From: Betaproteobacteria bacterium
GTDB taxonomy: Bacteria; Pseudomonadota; Gammaproteobacteria; Burkholderiales; SG8-41
NCBI GenBank assembly: GCA_016868035.1
Contig: VGID01000009.1
Span: forward strand, 23,881 to 87,880
Direction of reading: 5' to 3'
DNA: 64,000 nt
Every line of letters starts with the position of its first letter. Position 1 is the first letter of the stretch. A model generated the notes under the pieces. The model did no database searches. It was not told the DNA's origin and worked only from the letters and a program-made list of their open reading frames with translations. A program made the translations under genes and the position numbers. Shown one piece after another: positions 19,525 through 28,503 of the stretch.

Positions 19525-20465
19525 TGAAACCGCAGATGCGTATTGCCATCATGGGCGCCGGCGGAGTCGGCGGATACTACGGCGGGCGGCTCGCCCAGGC
19601 CGGCCACGACGTGACCTTCATTACGCGCGGCGAGCATCTGCGCGCGATCCAGGAGAAAGGGCTGTCCCTGGCCGGCCCGGGCGGCGACTCGGTCGTCACC
19701 GGAGCGAAGGCGACCGCCGACCCTGGCCGGATCGAGCCGGTGGACGTCGTGCTGTTCTGCGTGAAGCTGTTCGATACCGAGGAGGCGGCGCGCGCCATCC
19801 AGCCGCTGCTGTCGAAAGGCGGGGTGTGCATCACGCTGCAGAACGGCGTGGACGGGCAGCAGCGCATCGCCGCGGTGGTCGGCGACGACCGCGTGATCGG
19901 CGGCATCGCGTTCGTCTCGGCCCTGATCGAATCGCCCGGCGTGATCCGCTACAGCTCAAAGGCGCCCTCGATCAAGTTTGGCGAGGCGGACGGCCGGATG
20001 TCGGAACGCGCCGTCCGCTTCCGCGACGCCTGCAAGGCCGCGGGCATCGACGCGGAAGTCGTCGCGGACATCCGCTCCGCGCTGTGGCACAAGTTCGTCG
20101 GCCTGGCGGTGAACGCGGCGCTGACCAGCCTTGTACGCAAGCCCGCGGGCGTCTGCTACCACGACCCCGATCTGCTGGCGCTGGCGCGCTCGGGATTCGA
20201 GGAAGGCGCCGCGGTAGCCCGGGCAATGGGCATCCAGCTGCCCGGTGACATCGCGGAGTGGCAGGTCCAGAACCACCGCAAATTCCCGCCGCAGATGTAC
20301 GCGTCCATGTACCACGACCTCGCGCGCGGCCGGCGGCTCGAGCTGGACAGCCTGTCGGGGCTGATCGTCAGGAAGGGGCGCGAGCTCGGCGTGCCGACGC
20401 CGTTTCACTCGATGGCCTACGCCTGCCTGAAGCCCTACTTGAACGGCAGCCCAGTGAGCGAGTGA
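19524..20465 (+). CDS. 2-dehydropantoate 2-reductase (ketopantoate reductase) family protein
   Basis: MRIAIMGAGGVGGYYGGRLA Rossmann N-terminus; ApbA/PanE-like C-terminus; start overlaps the upstream stop (TGATG). Confidence 0.8.
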   Translation: MKPQMRIAIMGAGGVGGYYGGRLAQAGHDVTFITRGEHLRAIQEKGLSLAGPGGDSVVTGAKATADPGRIEPVDVVLFCVKLFDTEEAARAIQPLLSKGGVCITLQNGVDGQQRIAAVVGDDRVIGGIAFVSALIESPGVIRYSSKAPSIKFGEADGRMSERAVRFRDACKAAGIDAEVVADIRSALWHKFVGLAVNAALTSLVRKPAGVCYHDPDLLALARSGFEEGAAVARAMGIQLPGDIAEWQVQNHRKFPPQMYASMYHDLARGRRLELDSLSGLIVRKGRELGVPTPFHSMAYACLKPYLNGSPVSE

Positions 20466-20477
20466 CGAGATGAATCA

Positions 20478-20693
20478 TTAAGAACCGTTAACAAAATCAA
20501 GAAAAACTAGCCGCAGATACGCGCCGATCAAAATCGAGTAAGGCGTGAGCCGCAAGCAGTGAGCGGAAGAAAGTTGAAACTGGCATTCTCCTCACCGCTT
20601 ACCCCTTACCGCTTACCGGCTTTTTTATCTGCGTCCATCTGGGTGCGTTCATCGGCGGTTTCGAGCTTTCTGGGTTTTTTGATCGCGCTCTAA
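20478..20693. repeat. ~215-bp modular intergenic element, copy 2 (same ends, CGCTTAC-type palindromic core)
   Basis: Ends align with copies 1 and 3, but the core is replaced by a gtaaggcgtgag...ctcaccgcttac hairpin followed by a T-run. Confidence 0.6.
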
Positions 20694-21290
20694 ATGCCGG
20701 ACTGGGAGAAAAACCGGTTACCCGAAATCGGAGGCCGGGTTCCGCGCAGGAACTACGGCCCGCTCGAATCCGTCGGCCGGATCGTGTTGCGCAAAATGGG
20801 CTGGCGCATCGAGGGAGAGCTTCCCGATTCTCCGCGGGTGGTTGCAGCGCTGGCTCCGCATTCGTCCAATTGGGATTTCGTGATCGGGGCTTCCGTGGTC
20901 TTTGCCCTGAGACTGCACGTGTCCTTCATCGGCAAGCACACCCTGTTCAAGGGGCCGATGGGATATTTCATGCGATGGCTGGGCGGCATCCCCGTCGACC
21001 GGGCGCGCCCCGACGGATTCGTCGATGCGATGATCGAGGAATCCGGCAAGCGCGGCCGGCTCTGGCTCGCCATCGCTCCCGAAGGCACCCGCACCGGCGG
21101 CGCCCAGTTCAAATCCGGGTTCTACCGGATCGCCCAGGCCACCGGGATGCCCATCCTGCCGGTCTATTTCAATTACCCGCGCAAGGTCATCGGTTTCCTG
21201 CCGCTGGTCCAGCCGGAGCCGGACACGGCACAAGGCGTCGCGAAAATCCGCGAATTGCTGGAACATCGTGGCGGCCGCAAGCCCGGATGA
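20694..21290 (+). CDS. lysophospholipid (1-acyl-sn-glycerol-3-phosphate) acyltransferase family protein
   Basis: HX4D motif (HSSNWD) and APEGTR motif. Confidence 0.75.
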   Translation: MPDWEKNRLPEIGGRVPRRNYGPLESVGRIVLRKMGWRIEGELPDSPRVVAALAPHSSNWDFVIGASVVFALRLHVSFIGKHTLFKGPMGYFMRWLGGIPVDRARPDGFVDAMIEESGKRGRLWLAIAPEGTRTGGAQFKSGFYRIAQATGMPILPVYFNYPRKVIGFLPLVQPEPDTAQGVAKIRELLEHRGGRKPG

Positions 21291-21440
21291 CCCGGTCGGC
21301 ATCGTTCCATCAGGGGAAAGACCGTGAACTTGACATAGCGCAATGCCCGCTGCACGGCAAACGGTTAGCTTTGCGTATCGATTTCCAGCACTTTCCATGC
21401 GCATGAGCTCACTCCGGCGCGGAGCTAGCGCCGACCGTCG

Positions 21441-22676
21441 ATGAGCCCGGATCGCAACGCATCTGCGACGGCGCTCGCGGAAGGATCCATGACCCGCGAC
21501 GGAGTGCGAAACTCCGCGCTCGTGGTGTTCTGCCAGGTCGTGCACTGGCTGACCATCACCGCCATTCCCCTTCTGCTGCCGCTGATCCGCGAGGATCTGC
21601 AGATCAGTTTCACGCAGGCCGGGATGCTCTCGGTCGCGGCGACGCTGAGCTACGCCCTTATGCAGATCCCGGCGGGCTATCTTTCCGACCGCTTCGGCCC
21701 CGCGCGCCTGTTCTTCATCGGGTTACTCGGCTGGTCGGCGCTGTCGCTCGCCTTCGGGCTCATCCACGCGTTCTGGCTCGCGCTGCTCACGCAGTTCGTC
21801 GCGGGTTTCTTCCGCGCGCTGCTGTTCGCGCCGGGGCTCGCGCTGCTCGCGTCGTGGTTCCCGCCGGGACGGCGTGCAACGGCCATGAGCCTGTTCATGC
21901 TGGGGGGCTTCACCGGCAGCATCGTGCTGGCGCTCGTGGGGCCGCTGCTCGCCGCGCTCTACGGGTGGCGCGCCGCGTTCATCTTCTTCTCCGCGCTGGG
22001 CATCGGCGCAGCGCTCATCTACAAGGCATACGCGAAGGAGAACCCGCGCGCGCCGCAGCAGCTCGCGCTGCTCGACGTGTTCCGGCTCGCACGCTACCCG
22101 GTCCTGTGGGTCTGCAGCGGGCTGCAGTTCGTGCGCTTCACGGTGGTCACGGCGTTCAACTTCTGGCTGCCCTCGCTGCTCGTAGCCGATCGCGGGCTCT
22201 CGGTGCAGGAGGCGGGACTGGTAATGGCAATGAGCGCCGCGCTCATGGCGCCGTCGAGCACGCTCGGCGGCTACGTGTCCGACCGCCTCGGCAACCCGCC
22301 GCTGGTGATCGGCGCGGCGCTCGCGATCCTCGCGTGCACGTCAACGCTTCTGGTGGCGGTCGAATCGGTCCCGCTGCTGCTGCTCGTCATCGCGGTCAAT
22401 TCGATCTTCCTTCAGTTCTATTTCGGTCCGCTCTTTCTGGTGCCGATGGAAGTTCTGGGGCCGCGCACGGCCGGCACTGCGACCGGCTTCACGAACCTGT
22501 TCGCCAATATCGGCGGCCTGCTCACGGCCTACGCGCTGGGGGTGGTCAAGGACCAGACCGGCGCTTTCACCTGGGGTTTTTTCGGAGTGAGCGGCGTGTG
22601 CCTGATCGGCGTTGCGCTGGCCGTGATCCTCGCGCGCGTGCGCCAGCGCGGGCTCGCCGCGCGGGCCAGGCCGTGA
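21441..22676 (+). CDS. MFS transporter
   Basis: ~12 hydrophobic segments and DRFGPAR-type loop motif; the start may be 21489. Confidence 0.85.
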   Translation: MSPDRNASATALAEGSMTRDGVRNSALVVFCQVVHWLTITAIPLLLPLIREDLQISFTQAGMLSVAATLSYALMQIPAGYLSDRFGPARLFFIGLLGWSALSLAFGLIHAFWLALLTQFVAGFFRALLFAPGLALLASWFPPGRRATAMSLFMLGGFTGSIVLALVGPLLAALYGWRAAFIFFSALGIGAALIYKAYAKENPRAPQQLALLDVFRLARYPVLWVCSGLQFVRFTVVTAFNFWLPSLLVADRGLSVQEAGLVMAMSAALMAPSSTLGGYVSDRLGNPPLVIGAALAILACTSTLLVAVESVPLLLLVIAVNSIFLQFYFGPLFLVPMEVLGPRTAGTATGFTNLFANIGGLLTAYALGVVKDQTGAFTWGFFGVSGVCLIGVALAVILARVRQRGLAARARP

Positions 22677-22705
22677 ATGAAGCCGGATTTCGCCAGAACG
22701 GCAGC

Positions 22706-23020
22706 CTACTGCCGTTCGAAATGCCTCAACGCATCGAGGTTGACCGGGTGACCGGGCGAGGTCTGCTCGTAGCGCACGAGGCATCCGCGAGCGCAGTCCT
22801 TCTTTTCGGGCCACAAATCGCACCGTCGGACCGTGAGTTCCGGCGCCTTCCCGTCGGGGCGCGAAACAACCTCCACGCCGACGAAATTGATCGATCCCGT
22901 TTCGGGGCACCGCATCAGCCGGTCTTTCGAAACCAGGTCGATCAGCCAGTACACGAATCCGGCAAACAGCACCAAGGCCACGATCACCACCGTCCATCCC
23001 ACTGTCGAGATGTCCATCAT
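22706..23020 (-). CDS. hypothetical membrane-anchored Cys-rich small protein
   Basis: 104 aa; one N-terminal TM helix, then 4 Cys (C..C..C...C); no family recognised. Confidence 0.4.
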   Translation of the reverse strand: MMDISTVGWTVVIVALVLFAGFVYWLIDLVSKDRLMRCPETGSINFVGVEVVSRPDGKAPELTVRRCDLWPEKKDCARGCLVRYEQTSPGHPVNLDALRHFERQ

Positions 23021-23537
23021 ATGGCCTCCTTATCAGGGGTCCCGTGGAATCGCCAGTCTGCGGCCGCAGGCGAGCCTCAGTATTGAGAAAGATCAAGAAA
23101 TCCGCGAATAGGCCGGGGAACGGCCCCGTCGAAGATCCGTGATGGATGACCGGTTACGCGCGGCTTCCGGGATCAGGCGGAGTTTCAGGCGCGGCAGCAG
23201 CCTGTGCTTGACGTCTACTTCGCGGGAAGCCGGACGCTCGCGAGATCGGTCCCGACGACGATGTTCCCGGTAAAACCGCCGGCTTCGGCCGCCTTGCGGT
23301 TTTAGCAACTCGCCCGGCATTGGACAAGCCTCTACGCGACGCCCACCTCCGTGCTCTGCGGCGATGAACCACCGCATCCGCCCCCTTGTGGCTTGCCCCG
23401 GTGAGTGAGGTATTCCCATTGGTGTACCCGCGACGTATCCCACATCACCCGTTCCTGGAGCGACAAAAAACGATTTCACATGCACGCAGTGTGGTTGATT
23501 GCTAGAATTCCGTCCGAACCCGGGAGCCCGCTCGACC

Positions 23538-24497
23538 ATGCGGCGCAATGACTTCGACGTTACCGACAAGATCCGCACAACCGATGCGATCGACGTCGGC
23601 GACGAGGTCATGCGTCTGTTCCAGGAGGTGTACCAGGGCCGTGCGTCTTCCCGGATCGAGCGCGCCTTCCGGGACATGTCGACGATGTATCACGGGAAGC
23701 ACCGCAACTACCATCCCTGCGACACCGAATACCACGACATCCAGCACGTGCTCGACGTGACGCTCGCGATGGCGCGCCTGCTCGCAGGCTACGAACGCGG
23801 CCGCGAGGGCTACGCGCCGCTGCCGGCGGATTACTTCACCGTCGGGATCATCACCACGCTGTTCCACGACGTCGGGTATCTCCGGCGCCGCCACGACCGC
23901 ACGCACCGCTTCGGCGCCGAATACACGCTCATCCACGTGACGCGGGGATCGCGTTTCCTGCGCCACTATCTCCCGCGAGCCGGATTGACCCGGTATGCGA
24001 AGGCCGCTACGCAGTTGGTGCACTTCACGGGCTACGAGCGCGACCTCGACACGATACGGGTGGACGACCCGGTGCTGCGCCGCGTCGGCGAGATGATCGG
24101 CACCGCCGACATCATTGCGCAGATGTCCGACCGTTGCTACCTGGAGAAGGTGCGGGAGCGCCTCTACCCGGAGTTCGTACTGGGCGGAGTTGCCCGCCGC
24201 AAGCTGCCCGGCGGCAAGACCGTCGTCGTGTTCGAGTCCGCCGACGATCTGGTGCGAAAGACGCCCGAGTTCTTTCGCAACGCCGCGAAACGCCTCGACG
24301 AGAAGCTGCACCGCGCGTATATCTACGCGGAGCGGTACTTCGGCGGCCAGAACCTGTACCTCGAGGAGATGGACAAGAACGTGAAGCATGCCGCGACGGC
24401 GGCCAACACCTCCAGACACCGGCTGCTGCGCCGGACGCCGCCGAGCACGCTGGAGCCGAGCGTGCGCGCGTATCCCGACGACCTCGTCATCTATTGA
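23538..24497 (+). CDS. HD domain-containing protein
   Basis: H..HD signature (YHDIQHVLDV ... TTLFHDVGY); ~320 aa. Confidence 0.6.
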   Translation: MRRNDFDVTDKIRTTDAIDVGDEVMRLFQEVYQGRASSRIERAFRDMSTMYHGKHRNYHPCDTEYHDIQHVLDVTLAMARLLAGYERGREGYAPLPADYFTVGIITTLFHDVGYLRRRHDRTHRFGAEYTLIHVTRGSRFLRHYLPRAGLTRYAKAATQLVHFTGYERDLDTIRVDDPVLRRVGEMIGTADIIAQMSDRCYLEKVRERLYPEFVLGGVARRKLPGGKTVVVFESADDLVRKTPEFFRNAAKRLDEKLHRAYIYAERYFGGQNLYLEEMDKNVKHAATAANTSRHRLLRRTPPSTLEPSVRAYPDDLVIY

Positions 24498-24540
24498 GCG
24501 CGCTCGATAGACGAGGGATGAGGGACCCTCGCCCAGCGCG

Positions 24541-24655
24541 GGTTCCGGGTTTCGGGTTCAAAGTTCCGGGTCCAAGGGCGTGAGCCTTCCTCTGGAGCTT
24601 TGAACCTTGAACGTTGAACTCGCTACGGACCGAAGCACCCTCGCGAGTCACGAGC
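24541..24655 (+). repeat. family-A heptad palindrome
   Basis: ggttccgggtttcgggttcaaagttccgggtccaagg / loop / ctttgaaccttgaacgttgaac / tail gagtcacgagcac. Confidence 0.75.
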
Positions 24656-24664
24656 ACCGCGAAA

Positions 24665-25396
24665 CTAGCGGTGCAGATCCCGGCTGATGAACTCCCCGTT
24701 CAGCGGGGCCGACAGGTCGCTCGCGAGGAAGACGACGATGTTCGAGAAATCATCGGGCTGATACACGTAGCCCGCACCGAGCAGGCGCCGGATGTCCTCC
24801 TCGCTCTTGCCGATCCGCCACATTGGCGTGTCGGTCGCGCCCGGCCCGAAGCAGTTGATGCGCACGCCCGTGTCCTTCAGCTCGAGCGAGACCGCGCGCG
24901 TGAAGCCGATGATCGCGGCCTTGGAGGCCGAATAGGCGGATCCCTTGGGCTGGCCCCGGATTCCCGTGCCCGAGGCCGCGCTCACGACGACGCCCCGCTT
25001 GCGCGGCAGCATGCGCCGGATCGCCGCACGCGCGCCCAGGAACACGCTCTTCAGATTGATCGCGATCACCGCGTCCCACTGCTCCTCCGGCATCTCCACG
25101 AGCGCGACGCGCGGAAATATGCCGGCGATGTTCACCAGGACATCGAGCGGGCCGAATTCCGCCTCGGCGCGGTCGAAGAGCTCCTCGAACGACTGCGCCC
25201 TGGTGACATCTGTCTTGACCGCGATCGCCCGGCCGCCGGCCTGGATGATGGCGTCCCTGGTCGCTTGCGCCGCCCCGAGGTTGATATCGGACACGGCGAT
25301 GGCCGCTCCGGCCCTCGCCATGGCGAGGCCGTAGCAGCGTCCCAGCCCGCCCCCGCCGCCCGTCATCGCGACGGTCTTTCCTTCGAGCAGTTTCAT
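24665..25396 (-). CDS. SDR family oxidoreductase
   Basis: MTGGGGGLGR glycine motif, NIAG, and YSASK catalytic motif. Confidence 0.85.
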   Translation of the reverse strand: MKLLEGKTVAMTGGGGGLGRCYGLAMARAGAAIAVSDINLGAAQATRDAIIQAGGRAIAVKTDVTRAQSFEELFDRAEAEFGPLDVLVNIAGIFPRVALVEMPEEQWDAVIAINLKSVFLGARAAIRRMLPRKRGVVVSAASGTGIRGQPKGSAYSASKAAIIGFTRAVSLELKDTGVRINCFGPGATDTPMWRIGKSEEDIRRLLGAGYVYQPDDFSNIVVFLASDLSAPLNGEFISRDLHR

Positions 25397-25663
25397 GCGT
25401 TTTCCTTCCGGTTTCCTGCAATTCGTCCCGCGGCTATCTTAAGGCACGAAGCGGGCGCGGCACGAACGGGGCGCTTTGCGTTGCCGGAAGCGGTGTTGTT
25501 GACACAGAATCAAGCGGGGTTCTACCATGAATTCATCGCACGCCGGTTCCGTAGGCGCTGCGCCACGCGGGCAAGCCGGCCGGATGACGATTGCGGCGGA
25601 CGCGGCTCTCGCAGATCCGCCCCGAGCAGAACGGCCCGACACAGCAATCCAGGAGGAGAGGCG

Positions 25664-26635
25664 ATGAAAGCCATCAAAGCCCCATGCGTGCTGCTCGCCG
25701 CGATGTTTCTGGCAGCACCCCTGTTCGTGAGCGCCCAGCAATATCCGACGAAATCGATCCGGCTGGTCGCTCCGTGGCCTCCTGGCGGCATCACCGATGT
25801 GATCTCCCGCGCGCTGGGCGCCACCCTCTCCGAATCGCTCGGGCAGCCGGTGATCGTGGACAACCGCCCGGGCGCCGCGGGCACGCTCGGCGTTGCCATC
25901 GTCGCGCAGGCGCAGCCCGACGGCTACACGCTGATGATGACCGACGTGCCGAGTCATGCCATCAGCGCGAGCCTCTACACGAAGCTGCCCTACAATCCGA
26001 TCAAGGACATCGAGCCGGTCGCGCTGCCGTCGCGCTCGCCGCTGGTGCTCGTCGTTCATCCGAAATTCGGCATCAACTCGATCCCGAGACTGATCGAGTA
26101 TGCCAAGGCGCGCCCGGGCGAGTTCGCGTTCGCCTCTTCGGGCCCCGGCTCGATCACGCACCTCACGGGGGAGCGCTTCATCCGCGACACCGGGGTGAAG
26201 CTGCTGCACGTACCCTACAAGGGAGGCGCACCCGCCACGGCCGCTCTGGTCGCGGGAGAAACCGGCATGTATTTCTCGTGCATTTCCGCCGCCATTCCCC
26301 ACATCAAGGCGGGAAGGCTGACGCTGCTGGGGATCACCTTGCCGAAGCGCTCGCCGCTCTATCCCGATACTCCGACCGTCTCGGAAGTCATCCCCGGGTT
26401 CGAAATGGGATGCAACACGGGGTTTTTCGCGCCCGGCGGCACGCCGCGGCAAATCGTCGAGCGTCTGCACACCGAAGTGATGAAGGCGGTGCAACAGCCG
26501 AAAATGAAGGACATCCTCACCGCGAACTCGGCGGAACCGGCGCCCTACACGCAGGTGCAGTTCAAGGAGCACGTGGCGAGGGAAATCCGCGACTGGGGCG
26601 CGGTGGTGCGCTCGGCGGGGCTCAAGGTCGACTAG
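25664..26635 (+). CDS. Bug family substrate-binding protein (TctC-like)
   Basis: Signal peptide plus YPTKSIRLVAPWPPGGITD motif. Confidence 0.9.
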   Translation: MKAIKAPCVLLAAMFLAAPLFVSAQQYPTKSIRLVAPWPPGGITDVISRALGATLSESLGQPVIVDNRPGAAGTLGVAIVAQAQPDGYTLMMTDVPSHAISASLYTKLPYNPIKDIEPVALPSRSPLVLVVHPKFGINSIPRLIEYAKARPGEFAFASSGPGSITHLTGERFIRDTGVKLLHVPYKGGAPATAALVAGETGMYFSCISAAIPHIKAGRLTLLGITLPKRSPLYPDTPTVSEVIPGFEMGCNTGFFAPGGTPRQIVERLHTEVMKAVQQPKMKDILTANSAEPAPYTQVQFKEHVAREIRDWGAVVRSAGLKVD

Positions 26636-26660
26636 AGCCTATTCCATATATAGGCGCGTG
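26635..26660 (+). repeat. solo terminal-repeat-like sequence related to the ends of the 29478-29743 MITE
   Basis: gagcctattccatatataggcgcgtg versus gaacctRtttcatatataggcRcatg (about 22/26); starts at the G of the Bug TAG stop codon, as the full element does. Confidence 0.45.
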
Positions 26661-26801
26661 GCCGCGGGTTCGACCCGCGCCCCGGGCGCCGCGAAGACCG
26701 ATACGGTCGCGTGCACGCGGTAGCAGCGGGCTCCGCGGGAAGGTCTGATCATGTCCGCTCGCCGCGCATCCAATTCAACCGTTACACACACCCGATCACC
26801 C

Positions 26802-27248
26802 ATGAACAAATCCTTTGCGCGCCGCATCGCCGCAATGAACGCGATGTACCGGCTCTCCGCCCACGACCGCCCGACCCTGCCCGTGGACGTGGCAGACCGC
26901 CTGGTCAAATTCAAGGCCACGCTCCTCGACGAGGTGCATGAGATCGACCAGATCGTCGAGCTCTCGAAAAGCGGTGCGCCTGCAATCGACCTCGCCGTCG
27001 CAGTGGCGGACCTGCTGGGCGACATCGTGGTCTACTGCCGGTCCGAAGCGCTGAAGTACGGCCTGCCGCTGGAGGAAGTGCTCGACATCATCATGGACAG
27101 CAACGAGAGCAAGCTCGGCGCGGACGGCAGCCCGATCTACGACGCGAACGGCAAGTTCCTCAAGGGGCCGAATTACTGGAAGCCGGAACCGAGGATCAAG
27201 GCGCTGCTCGAGCAGCGCGGCCTTCCAGGGCGGAGGGATGAGGATTGA
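26802..27248 (+). CDS. MazG-like all-alpha NTP pyrophosphohydrolase family protein (tentative)
   Basis: ~148 aa helical protein with LLDEVHE and acidic motifs resembling MazG-like/phage pyrophosphatase proteins; its last codons and stop lie in the GAGGATT array. Confidence 0.45.
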   Translation: MNKSFARRIAAMNAMYRLSAHDRPTLPVDVADRLVKFKATLLDEVHEIDQIVELSKSGAPAIDLAVAVADLLGDIVVYCRSEALKYGLPLEEVLDIIMDSNESKLGADGSPIYDANGKFLKGPNYWKPEPRIKALLEQRGLPGRRDED

Positions 27249-27302
27249 GGATTGAGGATTGAGGATTGAGGATTGAGGATTGAGGATTGAGGATTGAGGA
27301 TT
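27240..27302 (+). repeat. (GAGGATT)x9 perfect tandem heptanucleotide array
   Basis: Counted directly; the first unit contains the TGA stop of the upstream CDS (27246-27248). Confidence 0.95.
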
Positions 27303-27340
27303 GAGGGTCGACAGTTCACGAGAACAGCTACGCTTTGTCA

Positions 27341-27400
27341 GTCACGCTCACGATACACGAACATCGAATCACGAGTCACGAGTCACCAGTCACGAGTCAC
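27341..27400 (+). repeat. CACGAGT-type heptad tract
   Basis: gtcacgctcacgatacacgaacatcgaatcacgagtcacgagtcaccagtcacgagtcac. Confidence 0.75.
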
Positions 27401-27437
27401 ATCGTCCGAACGGACGAAATCAAGAAAGAGGCACGGA

Positions 27438-28193
27438 ATGAATGAATTGAACGGAAAGGCGGCGCTCGTCACGGGCGCGTCGCGCGGGATCGGCAAGGCG
27501 GTCGCCCTGCGGCTCGCCTCGGAGGGCGCCGCGATCTACCTTGCGGCGGATGGCACCGAGGCGGAACTCGCGGAAGGCATCCGGGAGTGCCGCAAGGCAG
27601 GCGCCCCGGACGCCGCGTGGGGCATGCACGATCTCGCGCGCGCGGGAGAGGCCGAGACGATGGTCGCATCGGCTCACCGGCGCATGGGCCGCATCGATAT
27701 CCTGGTGAACAATGCCGGCATCCGGGTGCGCAAGCCGTTCGGGGAGTTTACGCACGAGGAATACGACCGGGTGATGGCGGTGAACTTGCACGCTCCTTTC
27801 TTTGCGAGCCAGGCGGTAGTGCCCATCATGCGCGCGCAGGGCGCAGGGCACGTCGTTCACATCGCAAGCCAGCTCGGCATGGTCGCCGCGCGCTACGGGG
27901 CCGTCTACGGCCTCACCAAGGCCGCACTCATCCAGCTCACCCGTGCGATGGCTCTCGAATTGTCCGGCGACGGCATCCGCGTCAACGCCGTCTGCCCCGG
28001 GCCGGTCTCCACCGAGGGGTTCCTCGCCGGCCGGAACCCGGGAGAGCTGGAGCAGCGCGCACGCGACGTTCCGCTCGGGCGTTTCGGAACCGTCGAAGAG
28101 GTCGCCGGCGTGGTTGCGTTCCTGGTATCCGGGGACGCCGCCTACGTGGCCGGCCACGCGCTGGTCATGGACGGCGGATACATCGTCCACTAG
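27438..28193 (+). CDS. SDR family oxidoreductase
   Basis: TGASRGIGKAVA, NNAG, and YGLTK motifs. Confidence 0.85.
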   Translation: MNELNGKAALVTGASRGIGKAVALRLASEGAAIYLAADGTEAELAEGIRECRKAGAPDAAWGMHDLARAGEAETMVASAHRRMGRIDILVNNAGIRVRKPFGEFTHEEYDRVMAVNLHAPFFASQAVVPIMRAQGAGHVVHIASQLGMVAARYGAVYGLTKAALIQLTRAMALELSGDGIRVNAVCPGPVSTEGFLAGRNPGELEQRARDVPLGRFGTVEEVAGVVAFLVSGDAAYVAGHALVMDGGYIVH

Positions 28194-28217
28194 CGCGCGA
28201 AGCGTGATGACCGCGCT

Positions 28218-28340
28218 TTGTTCAGGGTTCAGGGCTCAAGGTTCCGGGTTCAAAGTCACGAGCCTTCGTCGGAAATGTTGAACTTTGAGCCTCGAACGTT
28301 GAACGTTGAACGGCGGACAAGGCAAAGGCCCCGCCGAGCC
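28218..28340 (+). repeat. family-A heptad palindrome
   Basis: ttgttcagggttcagggctcaaggttccgggttcaaag / loop tcacgagccttcgtcggaaa / tgttgaactttgagcctcgaacgttgaacgttgaac / spacer hairpin / cgtcacgggtcacg. Confidence 0.75.
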
Positions 28341-28503
28341 GCCCGTCACGGGTCACGTCCAGAAGTTTCACATGGTTGACCGGACGCCCCTGTCGGCGGC
28401 ATGATTTTCCTTTGGCCCGTAGCCGGGCACCGAACATCAATAGGCCGGGTCCAAGTATCGGCGGAGAACTCGGCCCGCCAGCCGATTCTGAAGGAGGATC
28501 AAG

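Noticed and set aside
23093-23677. 194-aa minus-strand ORF covering the 23.0-23.5 kb gap
   Set aside because: Arg/Ser/Pro-rich low-complexity translation. It overlaps the start of the HD-domain gene on the opposite strand and has no recognisable motifs.
26655-26690. tRNA-like T-arm (cgcgg GTTCGAC ccgcg) preceded by a stem-loop resembling an anticodon arm; a possible tRNA or att-site remnant
   Set aside because: No acceptor-stem pairing and no D-arm. The would-be anticodon loop lacks U33, and the variable region is the wrong length. The stem-loop is the palindromic part of the MITE-end sequence.
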